From: Podarcis cretensis
Taxonomy: Eukaryota
DNA length: 64,000 nt
Assembly (NCBI GenBank): GCA_951804945.1
Contig: OX638160.1
Coordinates: forward strand, 21,080,001 to 21,144,000
Direction: 5' to 3'
In this document: in pieces, positions 1 through 15,476 of the stretch
Position numbering within the stretch: position 1 is the stretch's first letter
How the letters are laid out: every line of letters starts with the position of its first letter
The notes under the pieces: model-generated
Told to the model about the DNA's origin: nothing
Databases searched by the model: none
The model's input: only the letters and a program-made list of their open reading frames with translations
Program-made: the position numbers and the translations under genes

Positions 1-53
1 AATCCTAACTATGTTTACTCAGAAGTGAGCTCTGATGAATTCAGTGGTAGTTA

Positions 54-415
54 AGGTAAAGGTAAAGGTACCCCTGCCCATACGGGCCAGTCTTGACAGA
101 CTCCGGGGTTGTGCGCCCATCTCACTCAAGAGGCCAGGGGCCAGCGCTGTCCGGAGACACTTCCGGGTCACGTGGCCAGCGTGACATCGCTGCTCTGGCG
201 AGCCAGAGCCGCACACGGAAACGCCGTTTACCTTCCCGCTGGTAAGCGGTCCCTATTTATCTACTTGCACCCGGAGGTGCTTTCGAACTGCTAGGTTGGC
301 AGGCGCTGGGACCGAGCAGCGGGAGCGCACCCCGCCGCAGGGATTCGAACCGCCGACCTTTCGATCGGCAAGTCCTAGGCGCTGAGGCTTTAACCCACAG
401 CGCCACCTGCGTCCC
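54..415 (-). mobile_element. Sauria SINE (Squam1-type) full-length copy 1
   Basis: The reverse complement begins GGGACGCAGGTGGCGCTGTGG (box A), has GGTTCGAATCC (box B) and ends in an (ACCTTT)n tail. A 14-bp TSD TTCAGTGGTAGTTA lies at 40-53 and 416-429. Confidence 0.93.
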
Positions 416-3400
416 TTCAGTGGTAGTTACTCCCAGGCAAATGAGGTTAAGATTGCAACCTTGAGCTATAGCCTTTCCCATCTGCTTGGAAACATCTCTC
501 CATACCCCCCAAACCACAAGTTTTTTTAGAAATGTGGGGATGACAACACAATGCTAGTTCTTTCCCTCACTGCAGGATAAGTTGCTTGCATGCCCTATGA
601 TGCAGACATGGCCATGACTGTCCTGCCAGTCATGGAGTAACCCTCTACTTTCTTTCCAGCCATGAAATGAAAGTTGAAGGGGGAGGCAGGGATGCTTGCC
701 ATTTAGAACTCACCCACTCACCTCTTTCCCACTTCTGGATGACAATTTATATGAATAGAGGGTGTGGTGTGGTGGGGAAGATAATCTAAGAATCAGAATG
801 GAGACTGAGGAATCTGGATAATCTAGAAGTCCAGAATACTGACAGACTACACCCACCACAACATTACAGGACTGGTGGTAAACAAGTGATGGAACTAAGC
901 ACCGAGTTTTATGAAAAATAAAAATGGATTTCCCCCAAAATGAAAATTGTCTGAAAGCACTGTGAAAAAACAAGGAAAGGGGAAGAAAGATGGACCAAAC
1001 TAGACAGCATGGATGCAATCAGATGGTGATGGGGTTTTTTTTGTAAATGACCATCACATACACCTTCCTTATGCATATTAGAATAATGATTTGCTGGTTC
1101 TGTTGGTGCATTAGTTTTTTTTGCGTAAAGAACTACAGTTATTCTTTTTAAAAAGATAAGAATAATCATGTGACTTACTCTATTCCAGCAAGAGGGAATG
1201 CGCAACATTTCAAAGTCTTGGTTCTCAGTACTGGCAAAGTAATTAGAAGCTGGTTTTTCCAGTTGTCTTGAATGGGAGTGCCCCTCATGTTACAAGGAAA
1301 AGTAATGACTTGCCATTATAATGTGTTGCAATAACAAAAGATAGAGTCCATATTTATGTAACTGTGTTCCAAACATTGTCCTAAAATATCAACAAGGATT
1401 CAATATATACGGTAATCTTGAAAGGACAGTTTAAGGTCATGCCAGAGTAATAAGATGTTTGAATTCAAGCAGTCTGCATAGTGTTGACTACTTAATAATA
1501 ACAAAAATAATTAGTATTTACATAGTACTGCTGTGTGTTCAGAGTGATTCACATGCATTGCCTTGTAACCCTTACAACTGTATAATTATGCCCTTGGCAT
1601 AATTCTGATGTCATGTCATTTCTTAATTCTTTTTTCTTTGCAAAGCTTAACAATGGCTTGGTGTGGCATCGGAACTGGCAAACCATGATTTTTGTCACCC
1701 TTGACAGAGTTGAGAATGCCAAGTAAGAGAGAAAACAAACACATCTAAGTATCTTTTGCTAGTTTTCCTCAAAGTATGCTTTTCAACCTGCTCTCGCTGT
1801 TGGTTCCTTGAATCTGACTGCTTCCAATGCAAGATCAAGAGACCAACAATCCACCCTGTTGAAAGGCATATATTAGGACACAAAAGTAACCATGACAACA
1901 ACTGAAATACAAATCTCTACCTGCAGAGCTTTCATCTGCTGTGTTTATCCTGTAGCCCCACTTACCTAGTTTCCAAATACATAATGTTCCATATTGAGGA
2001 CAGCACATATTATGTCTCATGTATTTTGTGTGATCTCGGTATTTTCCTTGGTGGTCTTGATGCTTATTTGATAAATGCCCATCCCATTCTGGATTGCAAT
2101 GTAAAATGAGTTCAGCAACTTCACATAGTTATCCTTGGGTGTGCAGCAGATTTGGGATAGCCAAGGTATCCTGGATGTCTTGGAACTTTTGCTGCTTTCT
2201 TCCAGAATTCTTGGGCCTTGAAGGACAAGAATGCTGAACCATGGGCAGATAATAGAAACACATGTCTTTTGCCTGAGGAAAACTATACTTAGGATATTCC
2301 AGAATTTTCTGAAGGGAGCAGTTTTTAACCAGTTGCACTGCTAGGTTGCCTTTTACCAACTGTGACTGGTTCTACAGCTGCGACCATCCCTGGACTGGGA
2401 AAGTCTTGCCACAGTAGTTCATGTGTTGGTTACTTCAAGTGGATTTCTGAAAGGTGCTCCATGTGGAGCTTCCCTCACACTTGATCCGGAAGCTGCAGTT
2501 AGTGCAGAATGCTAGCTAGGATAAGATGTGTGAATTGGGGTTTGCCCCGGTACTTGATATGGTTAATGCAAACTATGATTACGTTTAACATCTGAATTGA
2601 GTTTCTGATCTAGCTCCATTCAATTTATTGACTTCTGAAACAGCATGGCTACCTTCTATTTTGGAAATTTAATTCTGTTACTGTTATATATGGGTGCTAG
2701 ATAAACATACATTGACATTCACAGTATGCATAATAAAATACAATAATTATGAAAATGTAACATGCTAATGAAAAACAGGATTAATAGGTAGAGCTAACAA
2801 AAAATCAAGTGATTTTTGTCTTTGCATTGGTATTGTTTCAGCAGTCAAGGCCACATTGCTTGAAACATTTTAATTTGTGGGAAATTTCTTCTGTTATATA
2901 GGCTGCAGAGTGAATTAACAATACCACCTGTATTTGACATGTGAAACCTTGTACTATGGAGTGTTGGATTGGCCCAGTCAAATGTGATGTGTGTCTTCTG
3001 TGTTGTAGCATAGTTCAGCTTATGCTAATTTTCTCTTGAATTTGATAGTAGTTATGATCATGTTCTGTCCTCTCAGTTGCTGTAGTCAAAGAAGTGTAAG
3101 TTGAACTGGTGCACAATGAAATAACAGGCAGCTCTGTTTATTCTTAGCTGTAAAATGCCCCTTACTAGAGAGAAAAGGGTTTATGCAAGAAACAGCTACA
3201 TAGTATTCTTTTGCCTTGAATTGTAAAGTTTTGATACTTTGTAAACTCTAGAAGGCTATATTATGAGGTGGAAAATTAATGAAAGCTTCAAGCTTTCTTT
3301 CTGCTCAACAGAATTTGGGCAATAAATATGTAGAGCCCTCATCTTACCAAGGTTGTCATACTAAAATTCCTAAAATGTGAATGAATGTTTAACTACCAAT

Positions 3401-6400
3401 TTAAAAGTCAATATGATAGTATTGCAGAAGCAGAATTAAGCTTTAGCTTGCTACTGGGAGATGTATGTTTTACTAAATGCTTGTTGTTCCTTGTCTGACT
3501 GATATTTAGAACAGCATGTAGAGAATATTGTATCTCACTGATATTCTGCTTCACGTTGGGAGCTGTAGGATGGCAATGAGCATAACTATGATTGGTCTGC
3601 TTTATACAGTATGGATATGGGTTAAATGTCTTTTGCAACTTGTATAAGATTTATTTTAATCCTCTCTTAACTCTCGAACTATTTCTTCCAATTTTTGTTG
3701 GAATGAAAATCTATGTTCTGATGCTCTCATTTTAAATAGGTTATTTGTGTTCTTTCATTTGTGTGGATTTTAACAGGCTGGATAACCTGCATGGTGCCTG
3801 CATGGATAATTTGTGGGCTACCTGCATGATATTAAGCAGTCGGGAAGATACAACAATTGTTGCTTCAGTTGCTTCTTCAAGCTACTGAAGAAATCTCTAA
3901 TCTAAAACGAATATTTGGAGTTACAATAGTACTGTAGCCCTGTTGTAAGGAGAATGTGTAATTTGCTTGATACTGGTTGTTACTGATCTTATGCTAATGA
4001 CTGTATGAATCTTGAGATGGGGAAGTTATAGGAACCATTGGTTTGGCTATTAGGGACCGTAATTGGAAGGACCTTGTCAGTATGCTGCACTTGGTAGTCT
4101 CTCTCCTCCCCGCTTCCCTGGTAAGGACTTCATACTGTTTCTCTAGTCAGAATACTTAGTTTTAGCTTGCTCTATGAAATGTTTTCACTTTCTGCTTGGA
4201 CTCTTAAAGATAAATTATTTTACTTACTTGAAATCAGGACGCAAAGTTCCCTTTTCTGATGTTATTTCCGATTGCACTGGGAGCAGTGCAGTGATAGTAG
4301 AAGTAGTCTATTTAAATTGATTAAGAGCTATATGGGATTATAATAGTTCCATCCCAATCTGACCTCCATCCTACTCAAGTTGTTTAGTACTGTAATTCAA
4401 CTGTTGACTGAAAAATGCTGGAATGGCTTTTTCCCCCTCCAGAGAATGGAGTGGGTGGTTTGTTTTCTCCACTGTTTTTTCAGCAAGTGTCAACTGATGA
4501 TAGATCCTTGGCAGCCTAGTTTGTCTCTACTCTCAAATAGCTATCTGCACATACAGCAAAGGTTTCTGTTGTATGCAAAGAAAAATGGTTGTTCTTCCTG
4601 TATTAGTATGAGATCCTGCCTATAAAATCTTTCATCTTTCCCACTACTGCATTTGTTGCCCACCCAATCCTGATCATGGCTAGATGCACCCTGCCAGGTT
4701 ACTAGGCTGCCTCCATGGTTGCCACCTCTTGTCTCCTATCCCTTGAAGCAAATTTCCCCCTTCCCAAAATCCATAGTTTACAGGAGAGGGAGGAAGAGAG
4801 TTGGCAACTGACTACTAGATAATTGAAATGCGTTGACAAGGACATGAAAGTTTTGAGAACATGGACATATACTCTTTTTACCCAGCTTTCAACATAAGGT
4901 ATTTGTTTCTTGCCTCTGTCATTCTAACAAAAGGTCAAAATGGTTGCAGTGGAACAACAAACTGAATTCTTACAGCATGATTGTAGATGGCATGTTGTAC
5001 TATATATTTATAAAGCATACAAAATTATTTGAGGTTTGTTGGTAGGATTTTAAGATTATCAGCTTTGGTGTTAATGACATTTGAAGGCAAGACCTCCAGA
5101 TAGCAAAATGGAATTTAATAATGAAGATCAGCCAAGTTGTGGTAAACTCTCAGTAACTGGACTCCTGCCAAATAAAAAGCAGAGATTAGAAAGTGAATAC
5201 GTTAACAGTGCATAGCCTCTTCACTATAACCTTTAAGATGGTCCACCCACAGAGACTTACGGAATCCAAGGGACTTTGGAATGCTCTGCATGATTTCTCA
5301 GGAGCCAGAGCTGGCAATCCTCTTAAGGCCTTGCTTTCACTATGGAATGGCAATATGTGTCAGGGAGCTCCAAACTGTGAAACAGGTCTGCTGCCCCTTC
5401 TTGTGGTAGGATGTTTATGAGGGTAGTGGCTATCCAGACACTCTGGGGGAAAATAGATTGTCTTGTCGTATTCTGGTCTGGGCTCAGACCTGGTTTTGAA
5501 ACAGAATCAGCCTTTATTGCTCTGATGAATGAACACTTTCAGTAGAGGGACAGGGGAGTGTAACCCTCTGCTCTTGATCTCTCTGTAACTTTCATTGCTG
5601 TTGATCATAGTCTCCTCCTGGAGAGTATTTGTGAGTTGGTTGCGCTGTGTGTTTTTTGAGGGGGGGCAGGTTGTGTAGCAGGATGCCACAATGCTATTTA
5701 ATACCTATATAGAGCTGCTTGGAGCAGTCATTAGAGGACTGGGGCATGGTGTCATCAGTATGCTAATGGCACCCATTTCTATTTCTCTGTTACCAGAATC
5801 AGGAAGCCTTACTGAATATGTCCTGCTCTCCTTGTGTCCTTAGTGCTATTTCCTTGCTCTCCTATCTTTTAAAGCTCCTTTTTAATCAGATCTGTGAGTG
5901 CTTTGTGATACTGACACATTGCATATAAACAGTCCAAGTTTTATGTGAAGCAAAGCTGAATCCTGTGACCTGGATAAATTATGCAAACGGAAAAAAATGC
6001 ATAATTTACTTTGTAAAAATTACATAATGATGCAATATTGCTCAATTTTGGGTTTGCTTATCAAGGTTAGAGGAAAAGTAGGATTGTGGGTACTAAAGCC
6101 CCATGCCCAGTCCCTAGAAATCATGTTCAACTGCCCTTTCTGACTTCAGGGAATTCATTATGTATTACACACTCTTAAGCGCTAGAGTTGTATGTGTATG
6201 CAAAACAGATTCTCAAGAACTGAATTATGTGCCCCAAACCATATTCTGTGTTCCCACATGCAGAAGCTCTTGCCTTGAGTAATTGGGTCAGTTCCCATTG
6301 AAATTTATTTCTAGTAGCAATTATTTACATTTCTGGGAAATTCTGAGCATTGACTCTAAGCCTGCTAACAATAAGTCTGCTATAATGCTTCATGTTCCCT

Positions 6401-6999
6401 CTGTATAACCCTGTCCTGAAATAGTTCTGTCGCTAATACTGCAAAACACTCACTGAACACTAGTAAATGCCTTCATATACTTGTATAATGCCTTGTACTC
6501 CCTGATGCTCTTTGTTCCTCAGCAATCATGGCTGAAAGGTAACCATAAAAATATTATTTGTGTTAGTCTGCACACTTAAAAAATACTATTTGGCGTAAGG
6601 GTGACTCAGTAAATACTTTGACACTGTTTCATGTTCTGATTTCAAGTATAGGAAGTGCATTACTGTTATGATGGGAGGGCTGCATAATTGCTTTACGTCT
6701 GGTGTACCACAGTGATTAAGAAGTGAGAGCCAGGTAGTTCTTGATTGAGAGAGCATTTTCTCCACAAACTCAGTGATGGCTTTTGACAAGCTGCTATGAT
6801 CTCAGACTCAGTTCCCCATCTGTAATTTGAGGATAATACGGGGCTTTTAAAAAGTTTAATGATGGTGTAATAGTAGCTCCCCCACCATGTTTAAGTGTTT
6901 GGGGAGTAGACTGCTGGATTATGCATCCCAATTCTATTTTAATCCTTATTCATGATTCATTGTCATGTGTCCTGATATATTATTACCCAGTGTATCTGA

Positions 7000-8040
7000 A
7001 GCAGTGTGAATGCTAAAAGTCTAGCTGTTTTACACCAAACTGAAGGGAATGTTGCTCTGGTTGCTCTTGTCTTCACTTGTTTCCAAGTGAGAAAAGGGTT
7101 ATGGTGTAGTGCTACCTAATGTTGTTCATTGAGGCTAGTTTATACCTGATTTATGCTCTGAGTGCCTATGAATAATTTCTGAATGATCCTGTCTTGTCAC
7201 AGCAAATTGAGGCTACTGTACATCTCCAGCATGACAGTGCTACATGCTCTGATTGGAACACTTCCTCTTAAGCCATCACCAGTTGTTACCTGGGATATTT
7301 GTTGGATATTTGTGTCCTGTTCATGGAAATCTGTTCAGCTGCAGTGAGAGACTGGTTGTGTGTAAAGGGTGAAGTGCAGGAGAAAGCCACCTGACCCACT
7401 CCAGGTGAGAGACAGGGAAGCATTTGCAACAGCTCAGGTAAGAGGTGAGGTGGTTTCTAGCTGGGATGGTTGTATCTCTTTATCACTGTGATTAGAGGTG
7501 GATTAAGGAATGCAGGTGTCTGGGCCAGGGGGGTAGGGATACCATTCCTGTGATGGTAGATAGGGGGAGGTATGGAGTTGGATGAAGGTATATGGGTGGA
7601 GGAGTACTAGTTACATCAAAGCCCTTGCCCTTCTGCTGCACCCTCAGTATCTCAGAATCTGGAGATGCCAACCAGTCAACTCTCTGGGCTTGTGGCTTTG
7701 CTGCTAAATGCCAGGTCTCTCCAGAATAAAACACCTATCATCCATGATTTGATTGTGGATAAGGAGATTGATTTGGCAGGTTGCTTACGACGATACCATC
7801 CTGAACACCCTGAGCACTCTGCATAGAGCTGCCCTTGAAGGTGACTTGAAAACTTCAATGGGTTCAAAATGCATTGGCCAGATTACTGGCCTGGTTGACT
7901 TGAGAATTTAAATAGCCCCTGTTCTGTTGGCTGCCTGTATGTTTCAGAACCCACCCTATTTCTGTGACTAATGTGTTTCCAATACTGATTTTAAATTGAC
8001 AAAGCCCATCCTGGGAGCTGCTAGTGAAGGACAGGTAATA
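7000..8040 (+). mobile_element. Degenerate L2-like LINE remnant
   Basis: Decayed segments resemble squamate L2-type RT 3' regions recalled from memory (e.g. GAGCTGCCCTTGAAGGTGACTTGAAAACTTCAATGGGTTCAAAATGCA). Boundaries are approximate. Confidence 0.4.
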
Positions 8041-11000
8041 AATTTATTATCATTATTACCATCAACAGCATGAACACCACCATTAGCAGCAGCATATGGC
8101 ACAAAGGTTCAATTGGTTTTTGTGAATTGCACTATTAATTTTATTCCCCTCTATAGAGGACCAGTAGTTCATTATTTGCCCCCTCACTCAAGTCATTTGG
8201 TATGCAGAGAGAACATGCAGTCAGCCTGACTTTCACCAGACTGAGAAGTGAGGGAGGCGTCAGTCTAATGAAGTGGCTGTCTGAAGAGGCTCATCTAGTG
8301 CACACATTAATCCCCTTTTGATGTCAGGAAAAACCTCCTTAAAAACTCTTTCTGGCCTTTAATCTTCTAATTTTTAAAGAGTCTTTTAATATCTTTTATT
8401 ATTGTAGTATTGTCTCTGCTGCTGCTGCCAGTAGTTGGTTGGTTCGTTCACTCATCTACGTGATTTAAGCATATTATAAAATTTGAGTTGTGATTACCAT
8501 TGTTTGGCTTTTAGTGTCAGTCTGTCAGATTTATGTGTGTGAATTTATGTTAATTGCAATAATATTATTATATGTTGAAGTTATTGCTTAACTTGCATTG
8601 CTGGAGAACTTAGAAGCTAATAAATGGGCAAATTCTTATCTTGTGCTAGACATCCTGTTTTTAAGTGTCTGACAGTCTTGTGCAGGGTGGGAAAGTATGC
8701 CATTGCTGGAATTTGATTCCTTCATATTTTTCCTACACAACGATCTTTTAAATCGACCTCCCTGGGTGCTCTTTATTGGGGTCCTTGTCTCCACAAAGGT
8801 ATTATCCTTCTTACTTATGGACTGGGCATCAATGCTCTGGCTTGGACACCAAATTTCTTTGTCCATAAACCATTTAGAAAGTTAGTGGCTCTGAGATTGC
8901 CACCTTGGAATCTGGAGACTTATCTGTATAAGAGTTTTAGATGATCATGCCATTATTGAACAGTTTTCCCCAGTATGGGTTTCATCATTCCCCCACAAAT
9001 TTGCTTAGTACATTACCTTGAAATCTTGGACACTTCTTTGATACTGGCTTTCATTTGTGTAATCTTCATGACAAGCTACCTTAAAGTCTATTGCACTATT
9101 TGGGGACCAGCTATTCCAATGTTTTTCATCTTCCCACTGTGCTAGGACTTAAATATTTGGCAGAGGTAACTAGTCAACTTGCTACAGGCACAGTGGATCA
9201 TGGTGCCAGTCAGATGTCACCTGTGATTGTGAGGACTTGCTATCCGAGACAGGCTTTAGAGAAATACAGCTTTATGTGCGAATGTGTTTAGGGAATTATG
9301 CTTCTCACAGAGTGTGGGCCCCCTCTTCTGGCCAAAAGAAACTACTGCTAAAATAGACCACTAGGGCATGACATTTACATTTCTCTCTACAGTGCTTCAG
9401 TTCTTTGATATTTTTAACAGTATGTAATATCCTATTTTCCATATTCAGTCTAGAGCATCGGGGTGAGCTGATGGCTCATTTTAATGCAGGTTATCAACAT
9501 GTGTGTATGGGGTATGTGTGTTGTGAGATCCTAGTGACTAAACCCTATAAAGTGGTATATCTACACAGATTATATATTGAATCTCCATTGAGAAATAAGG
9601 AATTACACTGCTTATAGCTTATAGTGGATAAGAAAATTTCTGTGTATAATTATTTATTTCTTTATTCAAAAGCAAGATATAATGTATATATATATATAGG
9701 GCTGGGAATGTCTGTTGCCAGAAATCCCAGAGATCTGATCCCAATCAATGTAAGCAATACCAAGATAGAGGGACCCTTGAACTCTTTCAGTAAAAGGTGT
9801 TTAGTGCTTTTGTGGTTCAGGAATTTGGAGCTCTCCCCCATTCCTATTGTCTTCTTAGAATATGATGGTGGCAAGAAAAATAGTCCCATTCATACAAATC
9901 AGTCTGGAAGAAAATGTAAAACTACTGGAATTTCTGCTTCAGGTGACCCGAGTCAAATTTTAAATATTTATTAATAACAGTAGGAGTTACAAGTGTAAGC
10001 CAAATTTAAGCAACAATTTTTTAAAAAGAAAACTTATATGCTTTATTTTAAGAAAGTCTACTAAATGGAGAGCGGGAGATTGCATACTTGGATTGCTCCC
10101 CTCACCCTCATAGTACTATTTTCTCTTATGAAATGTATACTGTGACTATACAGGATATGCAGGAGCTCCAAGTTAATGTTTGCATTTCCTGGCTTTTTGT
10201 TATTTCAGCAAAATGAACAATGCTGTATTGAAACCATTATGGACTTAGAAAAATTATTGTGCTGAATTAGATTTTCCTAGGAATACAGTAGGAAACTGTA
10301 TTATAAAAATTTTATGCTCTCAAATAGAAAAGGAGCAGAACTAAACACAAATGGAGCTCTTTGCCTTTCCATGAGTGTTTAAGCTCCCAGAACGGAATTG
10401 GGTCAGTAGCTCTGTGACCATGCTTAATACTTTTGGCTCTGAACCTGTAGACGTAAGGAAATATTCTGTTTCTGCATGAACAGGATGCTATTCACCACTT
10501 CTCTTGTTGAATTAATTCATGAAAAAGGCTTCGGCTTCAAATGAGCACTCTTGCTAAATTGTTAGACCTAATATAATTTTGCTTTCATATCAGTTTAAAA
10601 GCATTCAAAGCACTCTCTGTGAAATATATAGATATAACATTTGAAATGACTAAATTTAAATCAATTTTCTGTTTCATTCCCTCAAAATAAAACCCCCCTC
10701 AGAAAATGTATAAATTTAACAACGTAATTTAACAAAGTAGATGTTAAATGTCCTGTGGTGGAATTTAAATACTTAGGTCTCTGGGATTGTGTTAACAGAC
10801 TCTGTTAATCTCTCTGGTAGTACATAGAGTAAATTGTAAAATATGCATTGTGCCAAACTGTCCTCGCTTAAAACATATTGGAATTTGGAGGGTTCAAGTG
10901 AAATAGGGGGCAGTGTGAGTTTTCCAGAAGTTTTTCCTGTTTTTAGTAAAACAAAACTAAATACCTTGGCAAGCCTGCCTAATATTTATTTGTAATTGGC

Positions 11001-11506
11001 ACACATTCATTCTTAATGAACTTACATAACAGAAAAATTTCCACCCCATGTCATTTACTGAAGGGGAAGAAAAGTGTGAAAACAAACATTTTAGAACTTG
11101 ATTTCTGTTTTCACCACTTAGTAAAACATTGTGTTGCAGTTTTAAGTAGATGTTTGCTTTAGGCTTTTATCTTTGATTTGGGATTTTAGACTTTCTCAAA
11201 TAGAAGTAAGAATCATGTTTTGTAGCCTTGTTAAGGTGAGGTAAATATTGTGTGTCTGCCTTGGAAGTTGGATCTGCAAAGGTCAAACTTTATCAATTTT
11301 CTGATATGGAAATATAAAAGAATAAATTCCATCCTAATAAATAATTGTGACAATGGGAAATTCTAATAAATGGCTTTTCAAGCTTTGTTTCCCAGGTGCA
11401 GTTCAAGTACAGATTTATACATTTTAGAAGTTGGGAATAGTTTGAATACCATAAGCAGGACTTGTTGATTTTTGCTGCATCAAAATCTAGGCGCCCCAGA
11501 TGACAC

Positions 11507-11680
11507 ACATAAGAATCTTATGGCTCAGTTGAAAGACCCATCTAGTTCAGCATACTATTCTCATAGTAGCCAACCAGATGCCTGTTGGAAGCCCTTAAGC
11601 AGGACGTGAGTGCACTAGCATTCTCCTGTTTGTGAACCAAAGCAATTGGTGTTTCAGGGGCATAGTGTCTGTGGTACTGG
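11507..11680 (-). mobile_element. CR1-type LINE 3' remnant
   Basis: CATAAGAA...CCCATCTAGTTCAGCAT..TTCTCATAGTAGCCAACCAGATGCC. A related copy lies at about 56019-56175. Confidence 0.5.
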
Positions 11681-11910
11681 AGGTAGTTCACAACAGTTGA
11701 CAGGAAGAACTGAGAACAATGTATCTTTTCCCTGCTTCTTTGTAACATATAAATCAGCTGTTGTCTTCAAGCACAGATGTGTTCTGGAGCAGATTTTATA
11801 TTTAATACCAATTTAAAATTAGAGGAAAAGCTGACAAAAACTGTTCATATTTACTGATGTATGTAAAATTTCCACATTTCCCAAAGTTGTTCTGTACTTA
11901 GAGCAAACTA

Positions 11911-12320
11911 CCGTACTTTTCTGTGTATATTTTTTTACTCCAAAATCATGTTCAAAATTAGGGGGACATGGGATTGGTTGCTGCCATGAGTTGGAGATTG
12001 TTATTGGTGGTTGCGGCAAGGTCTGGTGTTGATTGGCTGTTGCTGCGGCAATTGGACGGGCGATGTGCACTTTTTTTCAGCGATGGGACAGAGGATAGGT
12101 TGCTTTGGCGATGAATGCGAGCAGCATTGTCAGTCTGACAGGTGAGCGATTTATTGCATTCCCCCCTAAGAAAAGCTCAACAACTCTGCCCCCCCAATAG
12201 CTCAACAATTCTGGGCAGTCCTCCCCTCCCAAAAAATCTCAACAACTTTGGGGAATCTCCCCCCTTTATTAATTTTGAGCCCCCCAAAATAGGGGGCACG
12301 TTATACACAGAAAAGTGTGG
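11911..12320. mobile_element. Tc1/mariner-superfamily non-autonomous element (MITE)
   Basis: Imperfect TIRs CCGTACTTTTCTGTGTATA / TATACACAGAAAAGTGTGG, flanked by TA on both sides. Confidence 0.7.
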
Positions 12321-15300
12321 TAATTCTGAAATGTCCTACAACGTACTAGAGTTACAAAATACAGCAGGGGAAAACAAGACGAGTCACTTTCAAACATGCC
12401 CTAAAAAGTCTTTTGTGATTGACAAGAAAAGACTTGCTGTTGTGTAGGAAAGCAGTATAAACTTCTCAAAGAGATGTAATTTTGCCCCAGTAATTCAGTG
12501 CTGTGATTACTTTGTGGTCTTGTATGTGTGTTATGTGCTGTGTGAAACAGTTTGCATGACTGAAGTAAATAACTATCCTGTTCATACTCTAAAATTTCAC
12601 TAATGTTCCCAAAATGATAGTAGCATAGTTGATAGAAGGCCTGAGCATTAGGTTCTGAAGTCAAACTTCAGCTTAGCTGTGATTAGTCTCTCATTGGTGA
12701 TATGGGGATAATGTTGACATACATATTGCTAGAGTTATTGCAAGGATTTTTGAGAAGGCATGTGAAATACCTGTGTGAAAAATATGTAGGAAGTGTGCTA
12801 TATACATTCAAATATAGAAGCTCATGTGTTGTAGCAAGAGCAGCTGTTGTTTATTGTAGAGGAATTGGCATATTATAGATTGGCTTCTTTAAGGTACATT
12901 GTCACTTTCAGATGTTGCGTTTTCTTAAGCTACCAAACATGTGTTTTATTTTTTGAAGAAGGGAATGAAGGGTCCTTATGTGTCATTAGATATTGTGAAT
13001 CAAAGCCACTGCACCATTCCACATAACCACTAGATGTCACAAGTATTACAGGAGCCTGAGAGGTTACTAAGGGCCTGGTGGAAATTCAACATGTCACTGA
13101 ACTTCACATATTTCACTGTTTCCACATGGTAGTTGCCAGAAGAATCTGATACAGTGTGATATAGAAGCAAGGTACAACTGGAATAATGAAATTTCAAAAA
13201 ATGAGCCTTTTTAAAGGGCTGGTTCTAACAGTCCTATTGGGCATTGTAAATGCCTCAGGTGCACTTGATACTCCTTTTACGTTCCTGGCTTTTGCTTGTG
13301 TTTTTATGGAAAGATGGATTGAACTTCAATTTAAGAATATTCGGTAATCCCTCTCAGGACATACTATAACAGCTGGTATTTCTGTGTTGCAGCAAATCGA
13401 TTCCATGCAGCAGACAGCAGTACTTATAGCTGGATTCTGATACAAAATTACAAAGCATTTTGAAACAAATTTAGCCAAAGCAAACATCACTGAAAAAAAT
13501 GTAACTTAATTTACAAGTTTTGGAGAAAAGAATCTTGTTTCATTCCAACAAAATATTAAGCTTTTAACTGGTAAAGATTTCACCAGGTCATTTATTTTCA
13601 CTAATATATACATAGAGATTCTGAGGGGAATAACTTCATACCACACAACCCTTTAGAATAAGGGTTTTTGAAAGTTAATATCAAGGAATTTAACCACAAT
13701 AAAGAAAAAATGAGGAATGGCATCCTCACTTGTTAATATTAAGTGTTTTATATATTTATTAAGGCTTTGGTCTTTAAACTTTAGTATCTGCAATCACAAT
13801 TAGTATTTTGCAACCTAGGTGTTTATTAATATAGATAATGCACTTTTGCTGTGGAATAAAAGGTTCAAGGAATATACCTAAAAAGCTAGTGGATGAACAA
13901 ATAAATAATATTTTTAAAAGACCTGGTTGGCTTCAATAACTAGTTTGATTCTGCGATAGCTTTGTGACTCTCTAGGCCCAGATCTTAAAATTTTATTTTT
14001 CAGCTTTGACTTGTGCATGTTACACTTGCACCAAGACAAACTGAATTGATGCTTTGCAAAACTTGTACAGTGTGTCCTTGGCCTGGCATCAAGTGCCTTA
14101 AAAAAAGTAAAAATCTGTGTGTAGATATTCTGCCTTCTTCTGTTTTAAGACTGAGTAAATAGAATTGTGCCAGAACACAATAACCGCAATGCAGTGCAGA
14201 GTTATATAGGCCCATAGATTTATCCCCAAACAGCCCATTTATCTATTGAATATTAATAATCAAACTCTCTAAAAAAATATCCTATGAAACATTTGAACTT
14301 CTGTCTTGGATATAACCCAGTTTTCTGTCTAACACTTTTGTAGGCTGTCAAACAAGCCTGTTAAAAAGCTGAAGTTAATTATGTGAAAATAAACAAATAA
14401 ATGGTGCTTTAGAATCAGCTTCAAATGAAGTTATTTCTTGCCAGCAGTAAATGATGGGTTTTAATTATAGTTCTTTGATTACTTTTCAGTAATCTTTTAG
14501 CATGTGATCATTTGTATATTAAAACATGTTTGCCTCTAGTTCCATTAATAGGAATGACAAAAATGACCTGATTAAAAACTTAAAATAAATGTTGTAGTTA
14601 TTGTAAACTATTATAGTGGACACAAAAATACATTTGAATATATCCATGGAAAAAGCTAAAGTCACTCTATGTTTATTACATTTTTTACAAGTTAAAATTA
14701 ACTCTCTTTCCTTCATCCTCTCCACTTGAGGACACTACTTGTTATGCCAGTCTTAATGCAGGGTGTGTTAATAATTGTGGCTTAATATTCAACATGATAA
14801 TCCTACAGAGAAGTGGTCATTCAGCATGTGGTAGAAGCACACAATAATCCTAATAACAAAAATTTCATTAAGTTAAAATTTTACAATTTCATATCTGCAT
14901 TTCTGGAGTTAGTACTGTCACCAAATACATTGGAATGGTTGAGAGATCCATACCATAGGGATGACTGTTAGGATGGTTATAGATATTTGTATTAGTGGAA
15001 AGTACTCAAACTGTAAAAGAAACAAAACAAAAACAACCCCACCAAAACATTTCTAATTGGCAAATGCTCAGTCTCCAGGTTTCTTTCGGAAATGGGTTTT
15101 TAGACATATTTTTCTTTAATAGACTATATTGGAAGTTGTTTTTGAAGTGATGTGGAATTCGAAAAGCAGTTTTGTATGCAGGGGGTGAGGATGTCAGTTG
15201 CTCATAGTAAAATAAATAAATAAATAAATAATAAATAATCTGCCAGGTTAGCACAAGTCCCTTACATCAACCCAAGCAACTGTTTGGTTTGTGGCTGTAA

Positions 15301-15476
15301 CTTACACATAGATTAAAGGAAACCCCATCTGGATAGTACATATTATTTTTAAGATCCTAAAATAACATAGTATGAAGAAATAGTTTTCAAGTTGCTAAAC
15401 TAGGTTAGATATACGTTGGCAAATTACAGCAACTTATAATTCTAATGATTATTTGTTATGTTTCTGTTCTTTCCAG

